A stretch of 57,422 nucleotides of DNA, the filler included, from Sphacelaria rigidula (Eukaryota): the NCBI GenBank assembly GCA_964200075.2. It is 7 parts of 7 records of this genome, joined end to end, with 100 filler letters (N's around TTAATTAATTAA, not from the genome) between each part and the next. Parts side by side here need not be neighbours in the genome. Positions count along the whole stretch, not along the records: positions 8,219 to 16,336 come from CAXNAA020012234.1; positions 16,437 to 24,554 come from CAXNAA020012235.1; positions 24,655 to 32,771 come from CAXNAA020012236.1; 4 more parts are not named here. One strand, given 5' to 3'. How positions within the stretch are numbered: the stretch's first letter is position 1; every line of letters begins with the position of its first letter. The notes beneath the pieces are model-generated. The model did no database searches and had not been told where the DNA came from. It was given only the letters and a program-made list of their open reading frames with translations. The translations under genes were made by a program, and so were the position numbers. Of the stretch, positions 11,201-24,761 are shown piece after piece.

Positions 11201-14200
11201 CCGCCATGGTGGTGGAGGATCCTCTTTGGGCGGGTCCGGACCGAACCGCCCGACTCGCAACCCCCGCGGCCCGCCTCGCAAGAAAACCGGATGTAATTCT
11301 TCCGCATCTTCCGCGACAGGTTGGAACCGGTCTGGTACAGACCTACCCCCCTCGGGTCCGGCGACACCAAGGCAAGTGATCCCTAAATTGGCTGATGTTT
11401 CGGCCCGCATTTTTGGTTTATCTGATACGGACACATCTGACCGTCCATTGTCTTCTACTGCAGCCCAATCTTAAGCAACCGCTGCGGCTGACAAAGAACG
11501 TTCCGAAGCTAGTAAAAAAGCAGCTTCCGATAGAGCCGAGTCTGCCCGAGTAGCTGCAATATAGAGACAGTATATTCAGATGGATGTGAAAAAGCGCTGG
11601 CACATTAAAACCATGCCTGCGGCGGATAACGAAGATTCGGGCCAGTTTATTTCTGCCCTCATCACGTCCATTCGCCGCACTGTTTGTAACATCTTTCACT
11701 TGGCGGATGCAACTAGCACACAGCATTTCGAAGATTCCGACTGGGTAGAGGGCTGGCAGACTCCCTTGCATGAAGCATTGCATCGATCCATCAGCCGCCG
11801 CTCTCCCGACATCGCTGCCTCCTTAACACAGGTCCTCGACGGCTTCCTTGCCGAAATGAGTCCGGATCGTGCCAAGGGGAAGACAGGCCCGATATTGCTC
11901 TCTGATTTGGAAAGGCGTCTAATAGGCTATTGCGACAAAGGTGAACAAGCCAGCGCCATCCAGAGGCTGAGTTATTTTGCTGTCGCATCGGATGTCCCCT
12001 TCGCGGATTATCTCCGCGAATTTAAGCTTTGGTTTCTGGTACTACGGGTCTTGGACGCCATAACGGACCGAGCGATGCAACGTGTCAGACTTACGTTCGC
12101 AATAGCGTTGCTCATCAGTATCCGGCTCTGATGCCGTCGTTGTTTCCGGGTGTCTTGGCGCATTGCGAGGTGCCTTACGCCTCTGTTCATACTGTGTGGT
12201 CTGCTTTTTTTCACCAAGACGGCAATCTAACGCCCGCCATACGTGGTAAACCATTTACGTCTGTGCGTTCACAACCTACGGTTGTATCTTCCGCTCATGC
12301 CCAAGGGGCTCGCGACAGAAATTCGAGCTCATCTCGCACATCATGAACCCCCGATTCGGTCGCCGGTTCAGTTATACATGTTCAGAGTACCAGAGATGCA
12401 TTCAGCGCGAGTTTTGATGGTTGGCAGTTTTCCGAGGAAACTTGGGATGGTGTTTATTCGACTTCAACAACGGCATCCATCAGAGATGAACCCCATTTGT
12501 GGAACCCACTTATTTCGCCTTCCGCTAGAGAGTCATGCTATGATAGGGGGGGGTGTTTGATTCCACGAAAAAGTGGGCTCATAAATGCTTCAGACGACCT
12601 GACACACTCGCGGTGCGCTTGTATTTGCGTAAAACCGGTGTCAAGCAGTATGAATAAGCATTATTTATCGGAAGCAAGCGCGTTTGAACAATCGTTGCTG
12701 CTATGAACGACGATTCCCAGTAGAATTTCGTGGAAAAAAACGGCCCAAAATACCCTCCCTCTATCGTAGCATGACTCTAGATGCAATCCCTTCAGCAGTC
12801 ATGCCAACCGTTGTATCAACTCTAGTGTTCAAGGCCACAGCATGCGCGACTGCGATAGTCCATGCATCAATGCCTTTGATCTCATGAACCGTGAATTGCA
12901 AGACAATGAACCCGCGTGGTGCCGATGGCAAAAACGCATGCGCGACTATCGCCCACCTGATCGAAATTACCGTAACAATTCGAATCAACGTGGCAACAAA
13001 AGCTCTGATCGCGGTCGCCGAAAAAGCAACAATCGCGCAAGCCCTCGCCAGAACGATAAAAATTCTCGCGACAAGAAACGTTCCGCTGATGGACAGCAGC
13101 GGACGGGACCGACACAAAGCTCGAATCCCAACACCAGAACACCTGATACCTTCACTACGGATCGCCTGGATCCATGATGTACCGACGCCGGCGTCCTTCG
13201 GTCTTCCACGCCGCCGACAGCACGAGCGAAGACTTTCTCAACACAGCACGAGTCCGTGACTAAGATTGCTCACCCGACTCCCCCGGCACTATCTAGGAGC
13301 GTAACTGACGGCCGGTCAAATCGACTCCCGTCTTCAACCTCCACACACTTTTTAACACAGCCCGCAGAGCCCGCGACTAAGGTTGTTCGCCCGGCTCCCC
13401 CGGCACTATGCAGGAGCGCAACTGACGGCCGTTCATATCGACCCCCGTTTTCACCCCTCCACACACCGCGTAACAGTTGTGTCACCCCGCGACTCAGACC
13501 TACACCCGGCTTTAAACTTGGTCCTTCAGTGCCGAGGATAAGTCTGAGGTGTGGGAAGACCAACCGCCAGTCCCTGAGGCAAAGGCTTCCCTCAGCGACC
13601 GCACGCACAGGTAGTAGCAAGCCTTCTTCAGCTGACCCAAGTGTTGCTGATTTGAACTTGACCACATCGGATCATGTAATTCCCAATCAGTTGGATCGAG
13701 CTCCTTCCCCGCGGTGTTCAACACGCAGGGACCTACCTTCGGCCGGTTCTGATAACACCCGCCCCAACACATCTTCGGCTATGACCCAATAGCCAAGCCT
13801 GCCTACGGAAAGTAGCCCACAAGTTTCTCTCCGTCATACCTCGATGCTGAACCCATCCACGCAACTGGACGCAGTTGTGTATTTATCCCAAAATGCTTTG
13901 GCCATTCCCCGACCTTTGTCACGGCGAAAGAGAAAGGCCCGCAAGCATGCCCCTAAGGACGCGCGCGCATCATCACGTACACCTCTTTCGAGCGGAAATC
14001 CTTGACCTCAATCTGTCCAAAATGCGACGACCTTTGAGTTCGACGGTTCTATCAAGTATCCCGGAAGAAACAAAAGCATATCATTCTGACGGCACTACTT
14101 CCTCAATCGACGACTCCAGCCCCGCACAATCTGGATCCCCCTTGGACGGCGATCCCTGTCAATGGCCACTCATACCGCCCCCCCCCCTTCTCTGGCGAGA

Positions 14201-16300
14201 CACCTGACCCACCGGTGGATCACCCGCCGTGCGTTTTTGCTGTCAGCCCCGCTGATCCTGACCAGTTTACCTTGCCGGTACACGGTCCGGATCTTGTCGG
14301 CGGTAAAGTGTCTGTAGATCCGGCCACTTTCACTACACGCGTTGCGATCCATTCCGGCCCAAACGCTATCACGCCTACGAAATGGGTATTCTTGTTGGAC
14401 AGCGGCAGCCCGCGAACATTTATTCGAGAATCAACATGGAAACACATGACACCGACTGGCCCTGCGACTGCAGCTTGCGAAACCACCACCCAACCTCGAG
14501 TATGGGGCGGTTTCGGTGATTCTGCCGCACCACTGACGACACGTAAATCCGTACGTCTCAGTGTACAATTCTTTCACAACACCACTCGATCTGCCAGCCT
14601 AGCAGTCTGGGTATACATTGCCCCCGACAGCACAATGCATCACACTATATCATTGGGCAGATATAGCTATGTGCGGTTTAATAAACGCACCTACCGCACG
14701 CTTCCGCCACTAGCGCCACATTCCACGTCTCGTGGAGAATTCAACCTCGAACACTTTGGTACTCTCCACGGCGCCCTGGCCTACCAGAAGGATACTAGAG
14801 CAACCGGAGCTGCTTACCACCTACGACTCGACGGTAGTGTTGGTATTACACTCTCCGACGACCCCCAACTCCTAGAAGTTGCACTAGTTCGCCGAAATGG
14901 CATGCCAGCACTTACGGGCCATTATATTGCCGAAATGTTAACCCGTATTGGCGCACCAGCCGACACAGAGCATTTTATGTCGGCGAGACAACAACTCCTC
15001 CCTCTTACGGGTCATGCTAACTTGGAACCCGGCGATGGTTAAGGAATCACCGCTGCTCCCCTAATGCACATCCCACTCGAGACGTGCGTAACAGAGCCTG
15101 CTGCGCCTAACGCCACATCTCCGGCGGAGTCAGTCTGTTGTGTCGATTAACCTTCTTTCGACCTCGCCTCTGCGGCTCCACCCCAGGTCCACACATTGCC
15201 CAGTCAAATTCCGATCCTTCTGCTGAAGTGCTTCAACTCTTCGCACCAGATTCTCGGAAAATTTTCTTGCACATGTGAAACCAACTGCCGCCACACAATT
15301 TTGACCTTCATGAGCCCGGCTGGGAACCGGCAGTAATCCGAGAAGTCAGTGATGTCCTGCTACAGTACCAAGACCGATTTTTCCGATCCAAGACCGATCT
15401 TGGGCATTGCAAAACGCTGCCCTTTGAGCTTACCCTCCAACCCGGCGTCTCGCCGATTTCTTCTCGGCCATACCGAACAAACCCGATCCTTACCAATAAA
15501 GTTAACGCCATCTTGGATGCGTATTTGGGAGCGGGATTAATACACAACATTCCTCCTCTCCTTGGGCCTCGCCCCTTGTGGTTGTCCCCCCAAAGGATGG
15601 AAACATACGCATAGCTGTGAATTATCAATGGTTGAGCCGCGTCACTGTAGTCGGTAACTTCCAATTCCACGCATTGATGAAGTCTTCGACTCCCTAGGCA
15701 AAGGAAAATTATTCAGCACCTTCGACCTCCCTTCTGGATTTTTCCAGAATGCTATTCACCCTGACACGGTCCCACTGACGACTTTTTGTACCTCGTCCCG
15801 TCTCTACCAGTGGCTTCGAATGCCACAAGGCGCCGCCACTGCCCCGGGATGCTTTCAACGCTTAATGCAACGCGTCGCCGAGGGCCTCAAGCACATCATC
15901 ATCTACCTGGATGACGCTATCGCTTTTGATGCCTCACCTATTGCACACATACGCATTATACAAGAATTTCTCTCTCGCCTACTCACGCACGATTTGAAAC
16001 TGTCTCCCTCCAAAGCTCGCCTTGGTGCGACTGACTTGGATTTCTTGGGGCATTCCATTTCGCCAGCAGGCCTCCATCCGGATACAAACAAAGCCAAAGC
16101 GATGACTGACTTGCCGATGCCAACTAACATTTCTAAACTTCGCTCATTGTTGGGCGGACGATCCTACTTCCACAATTTTTGCCGAATTTATCGAAACGGA
16201 TTCGCCCCCTTACTGAGTTACTCAAGAAAGGAGCCGTGTTTTCCTTCACAACCGAGATGGAGAATATCACCCGCGAATTACTCAAGGAGCCATCCTACGA
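8300..16300 (+). mobile_element. Degenerate Ty3/Gypsy LTR retrotransposon with a very long gag-like region, cut by the contig end
   Basis: Chain of broken plus-strand ORFs from 8628 to ~13800, then protease FLLDSGSPRTFIRE (~14390-14430), then RT (PRIDEVFDSLGKGKLFSTFDLPSGFFQ, YQWLRMPQGAATAPGCFQRLM, IIIYLDDAIAFD, LDFLGHSIS, MPTNISKLRSLLGG). Confidence 0.9.
14215..16300 (+). pseudogene. Gypsy pol pseudogene (protease + reverse transcriptase with YLDD)
   Basis: DSG protease motif in ORF 14215-15042; RT core in ~15560-16180 with several frameshifts and stops. Confidence 0.93.
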
Positions 16301-16932
16301 TAGGGGGGGGGGGGGGGGGGTTCTTTTTTTTTTGTTNNNNNNNNNNNNNNNNNNNNNNNNNNNNNNNNNNNNNNNNNNNNTTAATTAATTAANNNNNNNN
16401 NNNNNNNNNNNNNNNNNNNNNNNNNNNNNNNNNNNNGGGATGCGAGGTCAATGGTCTGATGACTACGGCATGCATGACCATGAGTACATCCCCCCACCCA
16501 GTTCTCAAATGCAATGCTGTGTTCGTTGTGGGTACTACCGACCGCAACTTGAACGCACCCGCGGCTGACAATAATAGAGAGTTTCGGAAAACGCTTGTTC
16601 GTCGTTCTAGAGTGCAAATATTTCAGGATGAGCGTACAGAATAATAAAAAAATAAATATCGAAAAAAAGGTTAGGGGATACCACATTTGACGTAGGGGGA
16701 ATCAATTCTCCGTCACACTCTGATCCTGAGATATTCGCAATCTGAAATGACGAAAAGACGTTTTCCGGAACTCTCGAATAAGAGTTATTTCTTGTTATTA
16801 CAGTATAACTCTGTCGTAGAATCACACCTAAAAATAGTGCCCCTTTCGAAATACCACGCGTTTCTCCTGTCTCGTGTTGCGCTGCTGTTGTACATATCGC
16901 CTAGGAATAAAGCAACATCTTCGACAGCAATC

Positions 16933-17118
16933 ATGATTATGATGGGTCGGTCATCGACGCGCGTGGGTATCCTGTCCGTGGTGGCGTTGGCTGCTGTGCT
17001 CCTGTCCACTCTCACACCCTCTCGTGCGGCACTCGCCCTTCCCGGGGCCTTCAAGGCCGTGAAGCACCAAGCAGAGCTCGCGACTACTAAGGCACAGGAC
17101 ACCATGGAAAACATCGGG
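16933..17118 (+). CDS. First coding exon of a predicted secreted protein (signal peptide); function unknown
   Basis: ATG at 16933/16939/16942 gives MGRSSTRVGILSVVALAAVLLSTLTPSRAALALPGAFKAVKHQAELATTKAQDTMENIG. It has a basic N-region, hydrophobic core and AxA-type site, and ends at a strong donor G|GTGAGT (phase 0). Downstream exons not identified. Confidence 0.65.
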
Positions 17119-20100
17119 GTGAGTTCGTCGATTGATTATATTTTTCCTATTCCAACCCACAGTCACGTACCAGTGCTGAAACTTGCAGGTTCGCAAGACA
17201 CCGATTTGCCGCCACTGCATCGGTTTCAAATTGTGAGCCTTTAGGTACCCAGTCAAGAGATGGCCGCCTGACAGTCAACCGAGGATGTTGAGACTCAGCC
17301 ACCACTGTAGGCATGGGTGGCCGCTAGTCAGTCGGGAGGGGGGTAATTTGGACTCCTGGAGAGGTGTAGTTTCTGACCGGAACGATTGGAATGGCTTGCG
17401 TCGTCTTCGGTCAAGCGGGGGCATTGGCGTTTCTGCTTGGAGTATTTGCGAAAACATATGCTCATTCGTCAATCATTGATTTTTCATGTAAATTTGTTGG
17501 CCAGCTGTGAACTAGCTCATCGTTCTGAATCCTACTGTGCTGACGCTAAGAGACACTCAGCAACAAACCAATTTCAAGATATCGACCGTGAGCTCATTGT
17601 CCCGGACCCCAATATACCGATGATGACAAGCACCACTGGAAGCAATTCTACGTGTCAATGGCAGGATGGATAGGCCACACACTAATTTACACACAACTAT
17701 GTATACGAAAATATTTTCCTTTTCAGCGTTGGGTAGCTTCACTACATTGGGATCCGGAACGATGGGCCCATGAATAAATGAAAATATAGACAGACGGACA
17801 GATAGATGGAAGGATATATATATAGATACATACATAAATGTATGTGTACACATAGATGGACTATCTATCTAGATAGATAGATCCACAATGTACAGCCTCG
17901 CGGACGTAGACCTCCGCTTTCTATGTGGGCGTTATCTCTTCCACCCAAAGCGATTATTCCAAATTCCACCACAGCAGGCAATGAAATGATCTCGACACCG
18001 GGCACATAAAGGATTACCATCCTACCCTCTCAATATCCAAGCATACTGTCCCGAGATCATTTTCGCTGATAGTCCCGCGAGGTTTCACGTGATGCTCTTC
18101 GTGGACGCAGATAGACGATCAAAGAACATGGGCGCTTCGCAGGAGTGTCGCAAAGTGAACATGCAGAAGCGATTCACATAGACATCCTGTCCGTTGGAAG
18201 GCACACTGAAGAATTCATAAGTTTTCGCCAGTGAATTCAGGCTTCAGGCTAGTCCCAGACCTGCAGAATTGGCATCCGAAAGGTTGAGGAAATAATCAAT
18301 CGATTAGTCAATGACTTCGGGAGTGGTGTTTTGTTTTCTGTGTCATCATTCGTTTCTGGAATGGGGGTCGCCGAATTGTAAGTCCATTCGACCGAATTTC
18401 CGAAATAATTACCTACCCTCATCCCCCGCAAGCAACAAAACAGCACCGAAAACTCTGGCGGGGATGATCTCCGAGTGGACGATTCACCCCTTATATCCCT
18501 AATTTTGACGGTCCTGACCGTTGCGTCCTGAGCAAGAACTTAAACTATTTGCAGTCCCAAATGCTTGGGAATCCCGCACAGCATTGCGTATGACTTCCCC
18601 AGTATTCGTTTTGGTCACAACGTTTTGAATGGCAAAGAGAAGAGCTGGGCGCAGGAACGGGTATCATCGAGCTTGGCTCAATATCAGCAACGTGCGCACT
18701 AAAGTTTGGGACAACCGAGGAAAGTTCAGTGATGCTGATTTCTGTACCCCAATCCGTTTCCCCTACTACCACCACGAGGCCATATTTGATGCACCAGTTT
18801 AGTACGGTTCCATGTGACTTCATCGTTGAAAACCCATGGTCCCGACAGCTACCTACTTGTTTTTGCTTGGTGTGAAAGGTTTCCGCCAGTTATTGTACTC
18901 TCTTAGCCCGACGTACCGCGGAGACAGAGGCGCTACGGCTTATGCCGTTCGAGCCGAAGACACCAGCGAGGAAATTCCGATCTGCAAAGCGTTTGTCATC
19001 GCAACAATCTCCACAAGATAACGGTTGTAGTGCGACGTGAAGACAAGACCTCGAACACACCGTAAGTAGGGCTCTCAATTTGCGATATTTCACACCCCTT
19101 CTGTCGATTCCCGGCCCTTTTGTTCAGCCCTGACGATACCCCAACCGCAAGCACAGCTCCAACCCAAGGCACGCCGAGGACCCCTTCAGGGAAGGTGTAG
19201 AAGGTGCCCTACACAGAGCGTGCGTCATTGAAGCTCGAATAGGCGCCACCGGTGCTCTCAAGCATGATATTGTCGTCTGTCTGATGGCATGCAAACTCCC
19301 TGACGATCACAAACGTCTGGTCGGCCATACTACCTGATGTTTGCTCAGGCCTTGTTTTGGTTGCAGAATACAGGATCGTTTTACAGGTTACGTATAGGAA
19401 GCTAGTATAATGCTCTTCCTTCCGGAAGTTTCCAAATCATTTTAATTGCAGCTCAATAGCGCAAGGTCCTGAAAGAAACGGATGGGTACTTTGAGCAGGA
19501 TGAAACGCTTTTACGCAATTTCTACCCTAGAAGTTGTAGTATCACGACAGCACCTCCATCTTTGCCGGCTGCACTCGTCATCACGGTTGGAAAGATGATG
19601 GTTCGATCGACAGTATACCCTCCGTCGCCTAGGTATACACATTGCCGTGTATAGAAAGCAGACGAGCATCGGTTGACCCGTCACCACCAGTTTCTACAGC
19701 CTTGTACAGGGATAGCATGTTCTTTGCGCCAGCCGGGTCTTGACTCTTCCCTCAGGTCCTAGCCTCTCTTCCAGTCTCTACACTTGACCTAAATGACCGA
19801 ATGGACGTCCCAAAGAAAGGTGAAGATCCTTGCCCGTGGAAACACAATATCGCCTCTGGTTTGTTGATCCGGCAACACCCGGTGAAGCTAGAGGCCTATA
19901 TCCAAATCGGCCAATGGACGATATCATCAGTGCCCTTCGTTCACTTGCCCTCTGTGAACATTCGATGAACCTCCATAACTTGGCCGCGCCTGACCGCATG
20001 GGAAATTAGACACGACATATTGTTCCCACGAGTACGGACTTCGACTTTTGTCGAGGGTACGTTGACTGGATTATCTATTACTCAGGTCAACCCTGCAGGA

Positions 20101-20959
20101 AACTAGAAATGTCTAGGGTATGACAAGAGGTTAAAATCTTGTTCCCACGATAATGTTGTTGGAGCGCATGTTCTTCGTGACGAATAATCTGTTACCAATA
20201 AAGCCAGGGTCACTCAGCTATAATGGCGGGTGCTTACATCGTGTTTTGGACGGGGTTTAGTGTTTTCATCCCCAATGTAGGGAGTGATTACGGAAAACCG
20301 TATCATCCCGCTCAAAAGACCAGCCCTCCGCTGACAGTATGGTGCCTTCAGTATCGCCTTTACGACGCATGGATACTATCGAGTGCACAGTGGCGCTACA
20401 ACCGCACTGTCAGTGCAACGGTATTGCAGTGTGGGATTCTGAAATAATAATGCCAATCCTCTATGCCTGCTCGTTTAGTGTTCACGCCTGTAGGTACGCC
20501 TTCGCCAGAACTACGGTTCGTGTAGACATGTTAACTAACGGCATCACTACCGGCCAACGCACTGCACTGTGGCCGTATCGCTCTCTGTGGGTGCTACGGT
20601 ACTTTTGACCACGTCTACACTCAACTGTAAAGTCAACAGCATTCTGGTGCTGGTACTAAACGTGATACAATCGTTGGACCGACATGCTTTGAGGCATTTT
20701 ATTTTTCTCTGGGCCGTGGCTTCGTGTTCAAGAACCAACAATCAAGCCCATCACGAGCACTGATTGATGTTTGAAACTCGAACTATATCGAGGTCTTAAT
20801 ATTCAACGAAGCGATCGTATTAAGCTCTTCCTTTGTGTTATGATGGCAAAGGTTTGCTGAAACGATTTTGGTGGGCGCAAAGATATGCCTTGTTTCAATG
20901 CTCTCCATTGTTTATCGTGTATCAGTATGCACTCTCGCACCCCCCTTACTCTGAGTGAG

Positions 20960-22300
20960 ATCTGATTGATTTTTTGTTCGATTTTGATTGATTGTCGCAC
21001 TTCACCTGATGGATCCAGCCGTGGCCACATGGGGACGGGAGGAAATAATTAAAAATCACTGGAGATCACCCATGCGAACGGTAAAATACTCCACACGCAT
21101 CCGATGGTCGACCGCCGTCTGAAGATAAGCTACACGAAAACACCCAGCCTCGAACTACCCTCAGCCGACGTTACCGGTGCACGAGGACCTCCACTCCCTC
21201 TCCGTTACACTATGAAAGCCATATACACGTTTACATAGATCACAAAGAAGTGCGCGATTGACCTCTCTCGAATAATTCATCCTGTAGATTATTTTACCAT
21301 CCTCAAACCTAGTTCCCATCTAACCTCATACCTTGGCATGTGTGCCCGTCACAATTCCTGCTCCTATCTGGGGCACCTCAGACACCACCCCAGCACCAGC
21401 ATCAGTTTCACAGGTCTTCTACACGTCTGACCTCCACCATCCAATCTTCTGTAACAACACCTCCTGCGGAATCCTCGCTGCGGACAACTGTGTGGTGCCA
21501 CCAATTCGCAGACAGTGCAAACCAATCTCCGCCGGCGGAAGGTCGACCAACGCTACCGTTCTCCGGAGCGCAATCACTCCATTGTATCGATTCCACATGA
21601 TTATCCTACCATCCGCCCCTATCCCATGATATCAGTAAAGCACCAGCCGGAAAATAAGATGCTTCCAACATGAGGTTCGGCATGAAAGCTGCAGCCTCAC
21701 CCCGTTCAAATGACCCCGAGACAACTTTATTGATGCGAAACACCACCGCTCCACCCCAACACTGATTCCCTTCGGGTACTCGAAAGCGCACCTCCACCTG
21801 ATCAGCCCCAGTTCGATGACAAATCCGTGAGCACATGCCTCCGTTAAAAGTTCACATCACGCCTACCCAAACCATAGGCCGAGTGGACGTTCAATCTGAA
21901 CCGGCCAGTACTACGCACGATCTAGTGAGAAAGGAAACAAAATACATGAGACCTTCCACATAATGTGGCCACCAAGGCCCCAACCGGAATATCCGTCTCC
22001 ACCCCATGGAAAACGCAATTTCCTCCAAATGATTTGACACCATTGCCGACTGACTGTAGTCCTTTCTTCTCGCATGCATATGCTACATAACCCACCAAAA
22101 ACAACACATGTAAGTGCTGCCCTGGTAGACGATCTATAAGACTAGGCACCTATCGTTTTTCCGAAACTCGACCCACGACCCAGAAATATCCCCAACATGT
22201 TCTGAGACGGTTCTGCATTCGCAGAGGGAACTCGGGGCGGAGACACTTCAATTTAGACTGGACCGACCGCTTCGGCCACCGCGAGACATTATCTACCAAA
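20960..22300 (-). mobile_element. Decayed tyrosine-recombinase retroelement (DIRS/Ngaro-like): YR gene remnant plus 3' terminal repeat
   Basis: Minus-strand fragments in YR order: FVSFLTRS (~21950-21918), VEVRFRVPEGNQ (~21798-21762), and ALRRTVALVDLPPAEIGLHCLRIGGTTQLSAARIPQEVLLQKIGWWRSDV* (~21570-21419), matching the H-S-L-R-x-G-G-A-T…G-R-W-x-S box II. Followed by the CTGGATCC…GAAGTGCGACAATCAATC terminus. Confidence 0.75.
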
Positions 22301-24054
22301 AACGTTTATTATACCACAACGCAGGTCGAGGCCACCGTCGCTGCCAAACAAAAGTCGCCCACCCTGGGATGGCCATGCCTAATACTTCGCCCCATTGATC
22401 GAAATATCATCGGAATGTACCGTTCTACCTCGACAGGAAGATAGTTCCCCCTTCCACAGATCATGACCCCAAAACTTCGGTTTCCGCAGTATCAGCGACT
22501 CTCAGTACGAGAGGCATAATAAAGCAAGGACCGCGAGGGCGGACACGAATAACCAGACATTCCTCGCGCATCAAACAAGAGAGGGTCGTTTTCACAGTAA
22601 GATGGTTTAGCGAACGGAAGTGATATTGGAGATTGGAACGTACACAAACACCGACCGTTAGTAAAACATTGAATATCAGATATCACGCTATCATCTATAT
22701 CGGCATCAGTTAAGAGTGGATCGTTGATGATACCACCTCTTTCCTGGATTGTCCTGCAATCCACAGACCTAGTTGTCATACGACGTAGTGCTCCGACGAA
22801 GAGGTGCTGGCAAACACCAGAACATTCAACATTGGGCTGCTGTGAGAGCCAGCCTCCAAAGCAAAACACGCAACGATGACCCGAAATTCTGCTGGAGATA
22901 CGGTGCACGGAGAAGGATGCTGTCAAGCACCCGGTCAATGTCAAATGCCGGAGCTTGCAGAAAGTCAGCATCATGGCTGATGCTTGTATGTGGTAGCGTG
23001 CGGGGGCAAAATACAACGTCACTGTACCCAACAGAAAGAAACAGAAGGCTCTGATATCGTGCATGTCGTCAAGGTGGAACAACAAAGTTCGACCGTCAAC
23101 CACATCCTGGAGCGATTGAGCATGCATTCGATTAAAGCTGTCGTCAACACCAGTGTGGTTTCCGTGGCGCGGCTCACTGTTTGAATTACCGCATCACTGA
23201 GTATGAATCGAGACGTCGTGTTCCAAACCCGGCACCAACGGCAATCTGTGGAAACTCCTTCGTGCCGGTGGAACTAAGTGCGTACGGCAGTAATGTCGAT
23301 CTGGGATGCAAACGCTTTACGCCCGACCCCAGCAACGGAGACATCGACATGACCCCCACACTCGCGCAACATGAACAAGCTATTGGAGCAATGCGACCCA
23401 GGGTGTCCTCGGCCGCTGCTCCTGATATATCGTATAACCTCCCTTCGCTGCGAACGTTCTACATCAAACGACCACACGCCAAAACATCTCTCCCCAAGAG
23501 ACCAACACACCAGGGTGAAGGTGGGCCGAGGAACCAAGCGACAGCATAGCGCGGTCATAATCCTCGTCATGGTGGCCCCTCAGATTGCACGCGAGCGCGC
23601 CCCTCATGTCTGCCTCCTCTCCCCTGAAAGCGTTCCACCTCTTGGGAAGAGTTAACAATTTAACTCCCTGCTGGCTCTTGTATACACATCCAACGCCTAT
23701 CCCTTCACCACCCGCCGGCTGCGTACTCGTCGACCTCGAGCAAACTTTAGACAGCACGCAGATTGCAGACTGCAGGCCACAAACAGACATAATATTGTAG
23801 CCTCAGAACGTACAGACGTACAGAAGAAAAAAAAACATGACAAATCCCCACCACCACGTCATATCGATATCCCACTTGTCTCCTCTCGGTCTTCCGCCAC
23901 CAGTTTCGAACATCCCCAGTGCCGCCCTGGTTCGACAGCATCATTTGTCGACTTGCTCGTCAACGTTTACTCTGGCGCTGCCGACTCCACCGAATTGTTG
24001 ACTGCTCTCACCGGCAGTCCTTTCAATACTGCAACTACATTTGATATTGTACCC

Positions 24055-24402
24055 GACGCCCCGGTGGCTCAGTTGGTAACCTCGTAACCTTCTGATGGTT
24101 GAGTAGGGGGTTCGATTCCCGGAGTGGTCTGGAATCTTCTCACCCAATGCCCAATCGTGGAGAACGGCTATGTCGCGGGTAAACAAAATTCGACTTAACG
24201 GTCGACGAGGGAAAGGGACCGCTGAACCCCTCTCGCGATAAAAATAAAGGCAAGCACCGCAGAAGGAAGGTGGGGTATTAAAAACAGATAAAAAAGAAGA
24301 AATACCTGTTGTGTTGACTTTCCTCCTGTGTGACCCCGGCTGATGTGCCCAGATATACCGAAAGGTGTAGACTGGTGCCCAGAATAAATGGGACGACAAC
24401 AC
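24055..24402 (+). mobile_element. tRNA-derived SINE, full-length copy
   Basis: Pol III A box TGGCTCAGTTGG and B box GGTTCGATTCC at the 5' end, then ~270 bp of body shared with three other copies, ending in GGGACGACAACAC. Confidence 0.88.
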
Positions 24403-24430
24403 TGGAGTTTCTTTCGTATTTGCTTTTCAG

Positions 24431-24554
24431 TACAGTAGCGGCCCCGATATAGCGGCATGTAGTGCCAGGCGGCAAAATTGCCGTTATTCAGGGCAACTCC
24501 GCTATACCCATATAGCGGTGATTTAGCCGCTAATGAGTCCTCAATAGCGGTATA
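24431..24554 (+). mobile_element. Possible pogo/Tc1-type element end, cut by the contig end
   Basis: TA|CAGTAG start followed by repeated ATAGCGG/CCGCTA motifs in both orientations. Confidence 0.4.
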
Positions 24555-24717
24555 NNNNNNNNNNNNNNNNNNNNNNNNNNNNNNNNNNNNNNNNNNNNTT
24601 AATTAATTAANNNNNNNNNNNNNNNNNNNNNNNNNNNNNNNNNNNNNNNNNNNNCGCGCGCGGTGTTCGCGAGCGCGAGGGGGGTGAGTGTTGTGTTGTG
24701 TCTCTTTTTCTTCTCAA

Positions 24718-24719
<2 letters not shown>

Positions 24720-24758
<39 letters not shown>
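24720..24758. repeat. (AT)n microsatellite
   Basis: Direct reading. Confidence 0.95.

Positions 24759-24761
<3 letters not shown>

Noticed and set aside
17900-20800. Ancient Copia-like pol remnant
   Set aside because: Only faint resemblance (e.g. DIISALRSLA near 19920-19950); no diagnostic motif could be read with confidence.
24055-24130. Functional tRNA gene
   Set aside because: The cloverleaf stems pair poorly and the sequence is fused to the same body in several dispersed copies, so it is a SINE head.
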